Shown here in pieces: positions 20,298 through 31,114 of a stretch of DNA of 54,656 nucleotides. Source of the stretch: an uncultured Piscirickettsiaceae bacterium. Its GTDB lineage: Bacteria > Pseudomonadota > Gammaproteobacteria > GCF-002020875. The stretch spans positions 1 to 54,656 of the forward strand of contig CAYFOR010000004.1 in NCBI GenBank assembly GCA_964344785.1, read 5' to 3'. A model generated the notes under the pieces. It was not told the origin of the DNA, searched no databases, and was given only the letters and a program-made list of their open reading frames with translations. Position 1 is the stretch's first letter. Every line of letters begins with the position of its first letter. A program made the position numbers and the translations under genes.

Positions 20298-23200
20298 ATG
20301 AACAGATGGTCACTTCTGTTTTTCCTGCTGCTTGCCCTGAACCTGAGTGCAGCAGAAACCGATGAGTTGACCCACCCCAGTCAGGGCCAGACCGCTTTCG
20401 GTCTGACCGAGCAGGAGCATGAATGGCTGCAACAGCATCCAACAATTCGTGTCAGCAACAATCTGGACTGGCCCCCATTTGACTTTGCCATCGGTAAGAG
20501 TGCCCAGGGGTATAGCATCGACCTGCTCAAACACCTGGCAGAACGGGTCGGCATCGAACTTCAGTTCGTGAATGGCTACCCATGGGATGAGCTGCAACGG
20601 ATGTTTGAGCGTCGAGAGATTGATCTCATCCACTCACTCTATCGCAATGAACATCGTGAAAAACATGGCTTCTTCAGTCGCCCCTTCTACGCCGGAAAAA
20701 ACGTATTTGTGGTCCACCGTGACGCCACGGACATCGTATCGATCGATGATATGCAGAATAAAACGATCGTGATGCCGGCCGGATGGGCGCAGATCCCCTA
20801 TCTGCAGAAAAATCACCCACAGATCAAACTGATTCAGACAGAGAGATTTGCCGATGCCGTAGAGATGGTTGCCAGCGGAGAGGCCGATGCCTTGATCGAA
20901 CTGGATGCGGTGATGGACTACTATCTCAAACAGGAGATGCGTACCGACCTGAAACTCAGTGGCTGGTTCAAGGAGTACGACCAATCCAGGGATAACCGAC
21001 TCCACTACCAAGTACGCAAGGACTGGCCGATTCTACATGGCATTCTGGGCAAGGCGTTTGAGTCCATTGAACGTGTCGAGCTCGAAAAGCTGCAAGCGAA
21101 ATGGTTTGCTCCAGATCAGCACAAGCGGCGCAATGTAATCATTTTGGCACCTGAAGAGAGCCAGTGGCTTGAACAGCACCCCGTTATTACCGTAGGTGGT
21201 TCCAGCAGGGAGATCGAACCCGATTTTGTAAAAATGCCGGACGGTACACTTGGTGGCTTTTTGCCGGACGCCTATAACCTGCTGGGAAGTCGTTTGGGGG
21301 TACAGTTCAAATACGTCGACAACCTCTATTCAAACATCATTGAACAAACCGTCAATCGTGAGATTGATCTGATTGGTGCATGGGGAGAGGGGCTCGCCAA
21401 AACAGCCAACTTGATTCCCGTCAAGTTGCCATTCGGCGTATTGATTACCGTCTATGGGCACAAAGAGAGCCCGACCAAAATCAATCGTGTGAGCGACCTC
21501 TACGGCAAAAGGGTGGCCTATTGGAGTGGTATTGTCGAGTTGGAGAGTTTTTTTAGAGAGCATCCGCAAATAGAGCGTGTAATCGTTGATGACTCTCTTT
21601 CGGGTTTTGATGCACTGATATCTCATAAAGCCGACTACTTTATCGGCTTCAATCAGGACCACTATCAACTGACAAAAAACAATATGGTGGAGATCAAACC
21701 ACTTTTTATCATTGGAGACATTGATATCACCTCGGTTGCAGCCGTCCGTGCGGATGCACCGCTACTAGCCTCCATTTTGGGGAAAGCATTCAGTACCTTG
21801 ACGCAGAATGAAATTCTTCAGCTCAATAGAAAATGGAGCTGGATACCGGAAGAACCGCCACATAAGGTCGATTACAGCCGTGAGGAGTCCTCCTATCTTG
21901 ATCGCAAAACAGACATCAGGATGTGTGTTGACCCAAACTGGATGCCGATTGAGGGAATTGACAAACGTGGCAACTATATCGGCATGGGGGCCGAATTCAT
22001 GCGTCAGGTGGAGAACCGGAGTACGCTTTCACTGGAACTGGTCAGAACCGAAACCTGGCAGCAGAGCCTCGACCGCATACGGCAAGGCGCATGTGACTTG
22101 ATGCCGATGGCAATGGCGACACCCAACCGCTCGACGTTTCTCGATTTTACCTCTCCCTATTTGTCACTGCCTTTTGTCATCGCCACCCGTTCGGAAGAGC
22201 TGTTTATCGAAAAACCAGACGATATCGGAGATCGGCCGGTAGGCATTCAGAAGGGATTTGCAGGCATCGAGATTCTGTCACAGCGCTATCCGGAACTTGG
22301 TTTGGTTGAAGTGGACAGCACACAAGAAGGAATTGGTCGGGTTCGTCGGGGTGAGCTGTTTGGTTATATCGACACCATCCCTCATCTGGCCCATCTAATC
22401 CAAAAAGAGGGAATGGTTGATATCAAGATTGCAGGAAAATTCGATTTGAACTGGGAGCTGAGTATCGCAACCCGAAAAGACGAACCCCTGCTACATACGA
22501 TTATGCAGAAAGCGATCAATACCATCACTGAAGAGGAAATTCAGGCAGTCTACAACCGATGGAACTCGGTGGAGTTCAAGAGCCGTGTCGACTACACCCT
22601 GATTTGGAAGATTCTGGCCGGAGCACTTTTGGTCACTTTGGGCTTTCTCTGGTGGACCAAGAAATTGCATCGACTCAACAGAGAGATTGAGCAGATAAAT
22701 CGGGCGCTGGTGGTTGAAAAAGAGCGATCCGAGGATGCGAGCAGGGCCAAGTCCGAGTTTCTGGCCAATATGAGTCATGAAATTCGCACCCCGATGAATG
22801 CGGTGATTGGACTCAGCCACTTGGCACAGCAGCATGATATCCCGGAGCAGCAGCGCGATTACCTGCAGAAAATAGAGCGGTCTTCCCAATCCCTATTGCA
22901 TATCATCAATGACATCCTTGATTTCTCCAAGGTCGAGGCGGGACAACTGACGATCGAGAGCATCTCCTTCAACCTTCAGGAGCAGGTTCAGCAGATTTCC
23001 GAACTCCTGTCTGAAGAGGTTCAAAGCAAATCGCTCCGGTTTGTATTGAATATAGCGAGGGATGTGCCGACATGGATTGAGGGGGACCCGACGCGAGTAC
23101 GGCAGGTGCTGCTCAATTTGCTGAACAATGCGATCAAGTTCACCGATCAGGGGACCATCTCACTGCATATCCGCAGCGAACCCTCTGAAAGCGGATTACA

Positions 23201-24479
23201 GCTGCACTGTGTGGTTGAAGATAGTGGTATCGGCATGACGAAGGAGCAGTGTGGGCGACTGTTCCAGCCCTTTACCCAGGCGGATGCCTCAACAACCAGA
23301 AAATATGGTGGTACCGGTCTGGGGCTGGCGATCAGCAAGCAGTTGATTGAGTTGATGGGGGGAGAGATCCTCGTTGACAGCCAACCGGATCAGGGGACCC
23401 GGTTCACTTTCCATATCAAGATCAAAGAGTCCACCCCAGTTGAAGAGGTGCATGCTTCACTACCGGACCTGCAGGGCATCCGTGTGCTATTGGCTGAAGA
23501 CAATGAGTTGAATCAGCAGGTTGCAGTAGAGATTCTTAAGCATGTTGGTGTAGAAGTCGTGGTGGCCAACAATGGCTATGAGGCCGTTGAACAACTGCAG
23601 CAAGAGAACCGTTTTTCATTGATCCTGATGGATTTGCAGATGCCCGGAATGGATGGCTTTGAGGCAACCCGGCAAATACGTGAACAACTTGGGCACGAAA
23701 AGCTACCTATCGTTGCAATGACCGCCAATGTAATGAAGGAGGACCGTGACCGAGCGGCTGAGATTGGAATGGATGATTTTCTGTTCAAGCCCATCGATGT
23801 AGATGAGTTGTATCGAATCATCATCCATTATGCCGATCCGGAGGGGCAGACAAAGCCTGTTCAACCAGCCATCCGGCAGGGGAAAACATGGCCCACTACA
23901 CTGCCGGGCCTGAATGTCGAAGAGGGGGTGGGTCGAGTCATTGGTGACCAGGCGCTCTATCTGGATGTGGTAACCGATTTTGTAGCACAAGGCCGGGAGC
24001 AGATTGAACTGCTGCAAAGCCAATTCGACCACAGACAGTGGAATGAGGCCAGAATAACAGTCCATACCTTGCGGGGGGTCGCTGCAAATATTGGTGCGCA
24101 TGAGATTTTGCAAGAGGCCGCCGAGGTGGAGAAGCGATTGCGGCAATCTGAAGCCGTTGATCAGGCACAGATTGATTCGTTGAGGCAACAGATGGAGGTG
24201 GTTGCTTCATCGGTTGAACAACTCTCTGCGCTGGAGGAGAGCGAAATAGAGCAGATTGCCACTTCCGGGCAACATGATGAGGAAATGGATCACCTGTTGC
24301 TGTTATTGGAACAGAATAACCTGGACGCAGAGGAGCAGTTCAAGAAAGTCCGGCACATCATATTGCAGCAGCTTGGAGAGGCTTCGTTGACAGAGATGGA
24401 TCGGTTGATTGATTCATTTGATTTTCAGGCAGCACGAAATCTGCTTCGGACAGAGATGAAGCAAGATGGCAAGGCCTGA
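20298..24479 (+). CDS. Hybrid sensor kinase: three periplasmic solute-binding domains, HisKA, HATPase, REC, Hpt (BvgS/EvgS-like)
   Basis: Three SBP-like repeats, [43 protein letters not shown]. Confidence 0.92.
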   Translation: MNRWSLLFFLLLALNLSAAETDELTHPSQGQTAFGLTEQEHEWLQQHPTIRVSNNLDWPPFDFAIGKSAQGYSIDLLKHLAERVGIELQFVNGYPWDELQRMFERREIDLIHSLYRNEHREKHGFFSRPFYAGKNVFVVHRDATDIVSIDDMQNKTIVMPAGWAQIPYLQKNHPQIKLIQTERFADAVEMVASGEADALIELDAVMDYYLKQEMRTDLKLSGWFKEYDQSRDNRLHYQVRKDWPILHGILGKAFESIERVELEKLQAKWFAPDQHKRRNVIILAPEESQWLEQHPVITVGGSSREIEPDFVKMPDGTLGGFLPDAYNLLGSRLGVQFKYVDNLYSNIIEQTVNREIDLIGAWGEGLAKTANLIPVKLPFGVLITVYGHKESPTKINRVSDLYGKRVAYWSGIVELESFFREHPQIERVIVDDSLSGFDALISHKADYFIGFNQDHYQLTKNNMVEIKPLFIIGDIDITSVAAVRADAPLLASILGKAFSTLTQNEILQLNRKWSWIPEEPPHKVDYSREESSYLDRKTDIRMCVDPNWMPIEGIDKRGNYIGMGAEFMRQVENRSTLSLELVRTETWQQSLDRIRQGACDLMPMAMATPNRSTFLDFTSPYLSLPFVIATRSEELFIEKPDDIGDRPVGIQKGFAGIEILSQRYPELGLVEVDSTQEGIGRVRRGELFGYIDTIPHLAHLIQKEGMVDIKIAGKFDLNWELSIATRKDEPLLHTIMQKAINTITEEEIQAVYNRWNSVEFKSRVDYTLIWKILAGALLVTLGFLWWTKKLHRLNREIEQINRALVVEKERSEDASRAKSEFLANMSHEIRTPMNAVIGLSHLAQQHDIPEQQRDYLQKIERSSQSLLHIINDILDFSKVEAGQLTIESISFNLQEQVQQISELLSEEVQSKSLRFVLNIARDVPTWIEGDPTRVRQVLLNLLNNAIKFTDQGTISLHIRSEPSESGLQLHCVVEDSGIGMTKEQCGRLFQPFTQADASTTRKYGGTGLGLAISKQLIELMGGEILVDSQPDQGTRFTFHIKIKESTPVEEVHASLPDLQGIRVLLAEDNELNQQVAVEILKHVGVEVVVANNGYEAVEQLQQENRFSLILMDLQMPGMDGFEATRQIREQLGHEKLPIVAMTANVMKEDRDRAAEIGMDDFLFKPIDVDELYRIIIHYADPEGQTKPVQPAIRQGKTWPTTLPGLNVEEGVGRVIGDQALYLDVVTDFVAQGREQIELLQSQFDHRQWNEARITVHTLRGVAANIGAHEILQEAAEVEKRLRQSEAVDQAQIDSLRQQMEVVASSVEQLSALEESEIEQIATSGQHDEEMDHLLLLLEQNNLDAEEQFKKVRHIILQQLGEASLTEMDRLIDSFDFQAARNLLRTEMKQDGKA

Positions 24480-24515
24480 ACCCATGACAAACATGCCCCC
24501 CCCCGGAAAACGGAA

Positions 24516-26510
24516 TTGAACAGGCCGATGGAAAATAGGGCTCACATACTGATCGTGGATGACATGCCGCCCAATATACGGTTGGTGCGCGCCATCTTGA
24601 AAGATCAGTACATGCTGTCTGTTGCCACAAGTGGAGAAGAGGCACTTCTGATTGCCGCCAAGTATCGGCCCGACCTGATCCTGCTGGATGTCGAGATGCC
24701 GGGAATGGATGGGTATGAGACCTGTACTCGCCTCAAGGGCCGACCGGAAACCAGTGCCATTCCCGTATTATTCCTGACGGCAAAGAGCCAGACCGAGCAT
24801 ATGGTCGAAGGGTTTGAAGTTGGAGGGGCCGACTACATCAGCAAACCATTTGAAGCGGTTGTATTGTTGAAGCGAGTGTCAACGCACCTGCAGAACTATC
24901 TCTACCTGAAGCAGGAGCAGCGTGCCCGGAAAGAGTCCGAGAACAATCTGGAGACTTCTCAGGCCCAACTGCAGATGACCAGCGAGGAGAAGGATCGATT
25001 ACTGAAACTCTTCAATGAAACACAGAAAATTGCACAGGTAGGTAGCTGGTGCCTGGACCTGGTCAGCGGAGAACTGATCTGGTCCAACGAAATGTTTCGT
25101 CTGCTTGAGATCGATCAGAACAAGTTTGAAGCATCCTCTGAAGGTTTTCTCAACGCCATCCATCCAGAGGACCGTGAACGGGTTGATCGTGCCCATGCGG
25201 AGTCACTGGCGTCAGGAGAAGAGTATGAGGTCACCCACCGACTGCTGATGCCTGATCAACGCATCAAATGGCTTATTCAGCGTGGCTGCAGTGAATACAA
25301 TGATGCCGGTGAACCGACTCGATCTCAGGGCATGATCCTGGAGATTACCAACCAGAAAGAGACCGAGCTTGAACTTGAGAAGGCCATAGAGGCGAAAGAC
25401 AACTTCCTGGCAACCATGAGTCATGAACTGCGTACCCCCCTGACATCAATCATTGGCAATAGCGGAAACCTTCTGGAAGACGGGCACTGCGGCAATCAGC
25501 ACTGTCCACAAAGCGATGCTACCGAGATTTTACGTTCAATAGAGCATTCGGGTCGGGCACAACTGGCACTGGTCAACGATATTCTGGACATGTCCAGGAT
25601 CGAGTCAGGCAAGTTTACGATTGATGAAGCACTCTATAGCCTGAGCAGATTGCTGGAAGGGGTTGTAAAACTGCTGAGTGCACAAATTCAGGATGCCGGA
25701 CTGAAGTTTATTGTCGATCAGCAAAATGTAGAAACGCATCTGCTGATCGGGGATGAAAAGCGTATCGAGCAGATACTGCTCAACCTGATCGGCAATGCGA
25801 TCAAGTTTACAGCGCAGGGCTCCATTTCGCTCCAGACACGAGTTGAGAGCGGCCAACTCATTTTTACGGTAACAGATACCGGAATCGGTATGCCGACAGA
25901 GATATTGAATCAACTGTTTGGTCGCTTCAAGCAGGCGGATGGGTCCATTTCGAGACGGTTTGGTGGTTCTGGATTGGGGCTCTACATCTCCCTCAATCTT
26001 GCAAAACTGATGAGCGGGACCATTAACGTCACCAGCGTGGAAGGCGAAGGCTCGGAGTTTGAGCTGGTATTGCCATACCGGAGAAGCGACCATCCAGAAC
26101 AACCACTCAGCCCGCATGATGCGGAAACAAAACACAGCGCTCAGAAAGCAGCACTGACAGGTCATGTTCTGATCGCAGAGGATACCCCCGCACTGCGACT
26201 GCTGGAGCAGCGTATCCTGGAGAAAATGGGATTGACCGTAACCGCTGCCACTAATGGTAAAGAGGCCGTAGATCAGGCCAGATCCAATCAGTTTGATCTG
26301 ATTCTGATGGATATGCAGATGCCGGAGATGGATGGGATCGAGGCAACCAAGGTATTGCGAGCCGAAGGCAACCAGGTTCCAATTATCGCCTTAACCGCAA
26401 ATGTCATGCAGAAACACCGTGAGCAGTTTGATGAAGCAGGCTGTGATGATTTTGTCGCAAAGCCGATTGACAAGGAACTATTGTCCAACGTGCTGAGGAA
26501 GTATCTATAA
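24516..26510 (+). CDS. Cytoplasmic hybrid kinase REC-PAS-HisKA-HATPase-REC
   Basis: ILIVDD/LLDVEMP, PAS (WSNEMFRL..IHPEDR), MSHELRTPL, GGSGLGL, ILMDMQMP; start may be ATG 24528. Confidence 0.92.
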   Translation: MNRPMENRAHILIVDDMPPNIRLVRAILKDQYMLSVATSGEEALLIAAKYRPDLILLDVEMPGMDGYETCTRLKGRPETSAIPVLFLTAKSQTEHMVEGFEVGGADYISKPFEAVVLLKRVSTHLQNYLYLKQEQRARKESENNLETSQAQLQMTSEEKDRLLKLFNETQKIAQVGSWCLDLVSGELIWSNEMFRLLEIDQNKFEASSEGFLNAIHPEDRERVDRAHAESLASGEEYEVTHRLLMPDQRIKWLIQRGCSEYNDAGEPTRSQGMILEITNQKETELELEKAIEAKDNFLATMSHELRTPLTSIIGNSGNLLEDGHCGNQHCPQSDATEILRSIEHSGRAQLALVNDILDMSRIESGKFTIDEALYSLSRLLEGVVKLLSAQIQDAGLKFIVDQQNVETHLLIGDEKRIEQILLNLIGNAIKFTAQGSISLQTRVESGQLIFTVTDTGIGMPTEILNQLFGRFKQADGSISRRFGGSGLGLYISLNLAKLMSGTINVTSVEGEGSEFELVLPYRRSDHPEQPLSPHDAETKHSAQKAALTGHVLIAEDTPALRLLEQRILEKMGLTVTAATNGKEAVDQARSNQFDLILMDMQMPEMDGIEATKVLRAEGNQVPIIALTANVMQKHREQFDEAGCDDFVAKPIDKELLSNVLRKYL

Positions 26511-26591
26511 GAGCCTTGCTATTTGAGCAGCCGTTCTGATCAGAAATCAATGACAGCCTCCCCCAACTCACAACTTTAGCAACAATCGGTT

Positions 26592-27395
26592 ATGGAATTC
26601 GATATCACATTTTTGAAACACCTGATCATGGAGAGCGCCGATCGGGAGATCCTGCCGCGCTACCGCCAGACCGAAAGCAACACCAAGATGGATGGCAGCC
26701 TGGTGACCGCCGCAGATATCGCTCTTCAACAGCGAATCTGCACATCACTCTCCGAACACTATCCAGATATCGCCTTTCTCGGTGAGGAGATGCCACAACA
26801 GGAGCAACAGAGACTGTTGACCGACTCAGACAATGGCATCTGGTGCCTCGACCCACTGGATGGCACCGCAAACTTTGTTGCAGGCATGCCCTGTTTTGCC
26901 GTCTCCCTCGCCTATCTTCATCAAGGCAAGACGGAGCTGGGCATCATCTATGACCCGATCCGCCAGGAGTGCTTCTCAGCCCAGACCGGACAGGGTGCAT
27001 GGCTCAATGAGAAACGGTTACTGCTCGCAGAACAGCGGACACAGCTTGCTGACTGCGTGGCGATGGTGGACCTGAAGCGCCTACCGGAAACGCTGGCCTG
27101 CAATCTGGCGACACACTATCCCTATCGTTCCCAACGCAGCATCGGCAGTGTGGCGCTCGACTGGTGCTGGATGGCGGCCGGCCGCCTGCAACTCTATCTT
27201 CATGGTGGACAGCGTCTATGGGATTATGCGGCCGGTCGATTGATCTTTGCAGAGGCCGGAGGCTTCCATAGCCTGTCTGACCACATTGAACAGAATTCGG
27301 ACTATACGCAGGACCTTGCCCCGAAGGTGGCCAAGGCCGCCCTCAACCAGACACTATATGAAAGCTGGGAGGCGTGGCTTGAGCAACATCGCTAA
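26592..27395 (+). CDS. Inositol monophosphatase family protein
   Basis: VTAAD, LGEE, LDPLDGTANF, WDYAAG. Confidence 0.92.
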   Translation: MEFDITFLKHLIMESADREILPRYRQTESNTKMDGSLVTAADIALQQRICTSLSEHYPDIAFLGEEMPQQEQQRLLTDSDNGIWCLDPLDGTANFVAGMPCFAVSLAYLHQGKTELGIIYDPIRQECFSAQTGQGAWLNEKRLLLAEQRTQLADCVAMVDLKRLPETLACNLATHYPYRSQRSIGSVALDWCWMAAGRLQLYLHGGQRLWDYAAGRLIFAEAGGFHSLSDHIEQNSDYTQDLAPKVAKAALNQTLYESWEAWLEQHR

Positions 27396-27409
27396 TGAGA
27401 TGCTCTGCT

Positions 27410-28048
27410 CTATTGCACCGTGATCGTGACTTTCGGAAAGTCGATATTGATGTAGTTTGATCCACTATCAAAATAGAAGACGTTGTTAAGATCAAAGGCA
27501 ATATCAATGGAGAGGGAGGTAGTGGTCGCATCCAGCTCGAACGGTGCTGTAAAGGTGTACTGAATCTCAACACCACCGGAAATTGCCGTGGCATTGTTCG
27601 CACTCAGATTCGCAGAGGTCACATCCGTCGAGAAGTCGATCAGAAAATTGAAACTGGTTGCGGTGACCGTACCCGCATTGGTGGCCGCCGCAATGGTACC
27701 ACTGGCTGCAGCCCCCGTCATGCAGTTGGCCCCGGATGACCCACAGGCAGCCACCGTAAACTCATCATCCACGGTCACTCTCGCCTTGGTATAGGTGCCA
27801 TACGGCAGGGAGAGCCCTGCATCCACCATACTCCCGATCTCTGCCCCCGCAGACACGGAAGCAATGTTCACCGTCTTGGAGGTTTCACTGAGCACCAGCC
27901 ACTGTGAAGTGGTGCTGTTCCAGATCTCCAGCTTCTTGATGGTTGTGTTATAGGTGGTCACCCAGGAGTTGGAGACATTCCCTGCGGAATGGGCTCCCAG
28001 AGAAATTAGCATCAGTCCCAGCAGCACAATCACCTTGTTCATGCGCAT
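27410..28048 (-). CDS. Exported beta-strand-rich hypothetical protein
   Basis: Signal peptide ending AHS; Thr/Ser/Asn/Ala-rich; CGSSGANC; AGAGGT RBS inside the upstream gene. Confidence 0.85.
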   Translation of the reverse strand: MRMNKVIVLLGLMLISLGAHSAGNVSNSWVTTYNTTIKKLEIWNSTTSQWLVLSETSKTVNIASVSAGAEIGSMVDAGLSLPYGTYTKARVTVDDEFTVAACGSSGANCMTGAAASGTIAAATNAGTVTATSFNFLIDFSTDVTSANLSANNATAISGGVEIQYTFTAPFELDATTTSLSIDIAFDLNNVFYFDSGSNYINIDFPKVTITVQ

Positions 28049-28050
28049 GA

Positions 28051-28953
28051 TCAATTACCTCTGGAAACGGTCACGGATGCGTTAACCGTCTTTTCGACAA
28101 CAATCTCATGACGACGCTCTACAGGCTGCAGCAGCTTTTCCTGAAGAGAGATCACATTGGCACCACTCTCGCTACGACCACTTCCGAACGTATATTTAAT
28201 GGTTGCAAATCCTCTATCCTTGGAGAGAGAACTGTATTTGTCCTCCTCATTGATAAAGCCAGCCTCGAGTTCCAGATTGGTCGTAATCGGATAGATGACC
28301 CTCAGCCGGTTATCCTTGTAGTCATCCGTATTCTTGGCATCATACTCGGCATGCGAGAGGTATATTTTCAAATCCCGGTCAAACGGTAGAATAGCGCCAC
28401 CCACCTCCACATCCCAGCCATCCAGTGCCTCCTCAAACTCACTGGTTCCAGTCTGCTTTCTTTTTGAAATGGCGCTGTAACTGTTCAGCCTCGCCTCAAA
28501 ATGGTGTGAGATCGCCTCGACACCCAAGCCAAGCCTTCTATGCGAATTGACGGTTGTATAGTCATAAAAGCTGTTTACGCCAAGAAGCCAGTCAGGGGTA
28601 ATGATATTTCTATATCCAACACCCAGGTTATAACTTGAGTTCGAATCTCTATTTCTGGCATTCAGCTGCCAAAAATACATATCGCTTTCGGTATGTTGGT
28701 GGATCGGCTGTACCGTCTCGACCTCATAGGTAGGCTTGAAACCCTTCTCCATCTGAACCTCAATGGAGGTTCGGCCAAGCCAGTCGGGTGCATCATCATG
28801 CAGTGTGGAAATTCCGCTCTGGATCGCACTGTTGACCGCATCGATGGCAACATCTGATGCCGCCTGCTGATCTCCAGCTGCATCGACCGAGACGACAAAA
28901 ACCACTGACGCTGCAGCGCCCGTCAGTAGAACGTTATTTCGCAAGACATTCAC
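28051..28953 (-). CDS. Inverse autotransporter (intimin/invasin-type) beta-barrel without passenger
   Basis: NLGVGYR, LGVNSFYD, HRRLGLGVE, EEALDGWDVE, linker PVERRHEIVVEK; ends 12 aa later. Confidence 0.88.
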   Translation of the reverse strand: MNVLRNNVLLTGAAASVVFVVSVDAAGDQQAASDVAIDAVNSAIQSGISTLHDDAPDWLGRTSIEVQMEKGFKPTYEVETVQPIHQHTESDMYFWQLNARNRDSNSSYNLGVGYRNIITPDWLLGVNSFYDYTTVNSHRRLGLGVEAISHHFEARLNSYSAISKRKQTGTSEFEEALDGWDVEVGGAILPFDRDLKIYLSHAEYDAKNTDDYKDNRLRVIYPITTNLELEAGFINEEDKYSSLSKDRGFATIKYTFGSGRSESGANVISLQEKLLQPVERRHEIVVEKTVNASVTVSRGN

Positions 28954-29174
28954 AGATCAGACCTAAGAGAATCCTTAAAAATTTCTACAATTATAGATGA
29001 TCTGACCTGGTACGCAATGCTCGAAAAATCTGCTTTCCAGATCAATCACATACTCCAATCAAAGTCGCACCGGTGGTGGACCTCTTTCTGAAAACCCATC
29101 AACAAAAAAATCAAGCCATTGTTTTATAAATAAAATACATACCACCATGTCAACACGATATTACACTTTCACTC

Positions 29175-30203
29175 TCAATCCTGAACGGCCACCCCATCCA
29201 CATCGACAAACCCTTTCAAGGAACGCACCCGTGCATTACTCTCGTCATGGATCTCTCCAACCATCTGCCTCTGCCGGTCTGAGATGTAGCTGTGTGAGAA
29301 TCTCCGCTTGTACCGCTGATCAACCATCAACAGCACTCTTCTCAAACCATAGTGATGCCACAGCGAGCGAAACAGTCTGGATATTCGGTATGCAAGCTTC
29401 AACTTCTCTTTTTTATATAGGGAAGCCCTGCTGGACTCGATCTTGATCCGATATTCATCATGTTCCCGACAGGAATGCACCGGAACAAAAAGTGACCAGA
29501 ACCTGTTCACTGAAATCAACAGCTGTATTGACGGAAGACTGAGCCCCACATTCTCCCTGTCCCTCGCCGCCGGTGCCTTCCAATCCAGATTACACCCAAG
29601 CACCCGATAGATCTCTCCTGCAACGCTCTCCGGATTGGAGACCAGATCTTCATACCGGAAAAAGTGGCACGCCTGAAAACGGTTTTCATACTGCTCTCCC
29701 AGAGAGAACCAGTCTGACTTGTACACATCCAGCACAGGCATGCCTGCACGGTTATATTTTTCATTGGTCGGGTTAAAGTGCCCATCCTTATAATTCAGGA
29801 AATCTTCGATCGACTGGTAACATCTGTTTTTAATGGACTCCTTGTAACAGGAGACCAACCAGTTTGCCTGATCCCGGAAGAAAAGAATGATCGCGGCCGA
29901 TGGAAAAAGAGCGGACAGCTTCTCAATATTTTCTCCATAATTCTGCCTGAACATATCTTGGGAAATATGTTCAGAGGAAATCAGCAGGACTCTCCACCGG
30001 TGCTCTTTTTCAAGTTGACCCAATAACCCGTTCAGTGCCTCAAGTCGTGACTCGACATCAAATCCAAACTCGAAGATTGCACTGATCAGATGCATGACAG
30101 CAGGTGGGTTATACCCCACATCATCCGGGAGATTGCTGAACAGTTTTCTCTGCAGAAAGGTGGTTGCTGTTTTATGCAAACCAACATGAACGATGATTTT
30201 CAT
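29175..30203 (-). CDS. Sulfotransferase-family protein
   Basis: HVGLHKTATTFLQ PAPS-binding loop, LISSEH, FFRDQ..W..S.Y, RYEDL. Confidence 0.85.
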   Translation of the reverse strand: MKIIVHVGLHKTATTFLQRKLFSNLPDDVGYNPPAVMHLISAIFEFGFDVESRLEALNGLLGQLEKEHRWRVLLISSEHISQDMFRQNYGENIEKLSALFPSAAIILFFRDQANWLVSCYKESIKNRCYQSIEDFLNYKDGHFNPTNEKYNRAGMPVLDVYKSDWFSLGEQYENRFQACHFFRYEDLVSNPESVAGEIYRVLGCNLDWKAPAARDRENVGLSLPSIQLLISVNRFWSLFVPVHSCREHDEYRIKIESSRASLYKKEKLKLAYRISRLFRSLWHHYGLRRVLLMVDQRYKRRFSHSYISDRQRQMVGEIHDESNARVRSLKGFVDVDGVAVQD

Positions 30204-30266
30204 ACACTGACTATACGCTGCACACGGTCAAGCAAGCACTCCTAAACATGCTCCAGAGTCGCCGCT

Positions 30267-30737
30267 CTACTTGTTATTCAGCTGTTTGTCCGTTTTTTCG
30301 TGGAACTCACCATCAATAACAACCCCCTCCGTATGCTGATAACGAGTCTGCCCCGCCCCTCCCATCTGCATATTGACCATGGAGATACGGCTCAACATCG
30401 AGTGGACCAGCCACTTACGGGTTATCGGAATCAAACCCAGAAATCCGATCGTATCGGTAAAAAAGCCGGGGGTCAGCAACAGTGCTCCACTCACCAGCAG
30501 GGCTGCACCTTCCAGCAACTGAGTGGCAGGCAGTTGGCCATTTGCCAGACTCTGCTGTGCCTCCATCAATGTAGACAGCCCCTGCGCACGCAGCAGATTG
30601 ACCCCAACCACCGCAGTCAAGACGACCAGCAGTACCGTCGGTACCACACCAATCCACCCCCCTACCTCTATCAACAGATAGATTTCGAGGATCGGGACCA
30701 CAAGAAAGAGAAGAAACAGCACTCTGAAAGGATTCAT
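30267..30737 (-). CDS. fxsA: FxsA family membrane protein
   Basis: PILEIYLLIEVG, LLLTPGFFTD, VIDGEF; divergent from cutA. Confidence 0.95.
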   Translation of the reverse strand: MNPFRVLFLLFLVVPILEIYLLIEVGGWIGVVPTVLLVVLTAVVGVNLLRAQGLSTLMEAQQSLANGQLPATQLLEGAALLVSGALLLTPGFFTDTIGFLGLIPITRKWLVHSMLSRISMVNMQMGGAGQTRYQHTEGVVIDGEFHEKTDKQLNNK

Positions 30738-30769
30738 ATCAAACGGATTGTACTGTATTCTCTGGCTGC

Positions 30770-31114
30770 ATGTCGTACACCACCGATGATTACTGCGTCA
30801 TACTCACCACCTGCCCCAATCGGGAGAGTGGGGAACGAATTGCGCACCTTCTTGTCGAACAACAGCTGGCTGCCTGCGTCAATCTGACCGGCACCATTAC
30901 CTCAATTTATCGCTGGCGAGGGAATATAGAGCAGGACCAGGAGATCCTATTAATCATCAAGACAACAAAAAGGCTATATCAATCCATTGAATCGACAGTC
31001 CGTCAACACCACCCCTACGAAGAGCCAGAAGTAATCAGCATCGACATCAAACAGGGAGCTGACAGCTATCTGCAGTGGATTTCTGAGTCGACCAGAGAAA
31101 TATCGGAACAATGA
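30770..31114 (+). CDS. cutA: Divalent-cation tolerance protein
   Basis: LAACVN, SIYRWRG, HPYEEPE. Confidence 0.95.
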   Translation: MSYTTDDYCVILTTCPNRESGERIAHLLVEQQLAACVNLTGTITSIYRWRGNIEQDQEILLIIKTTKRLYQSIESTVRQHHPYEEPEVISIDIKQGADSYLQWISESTREISEQ

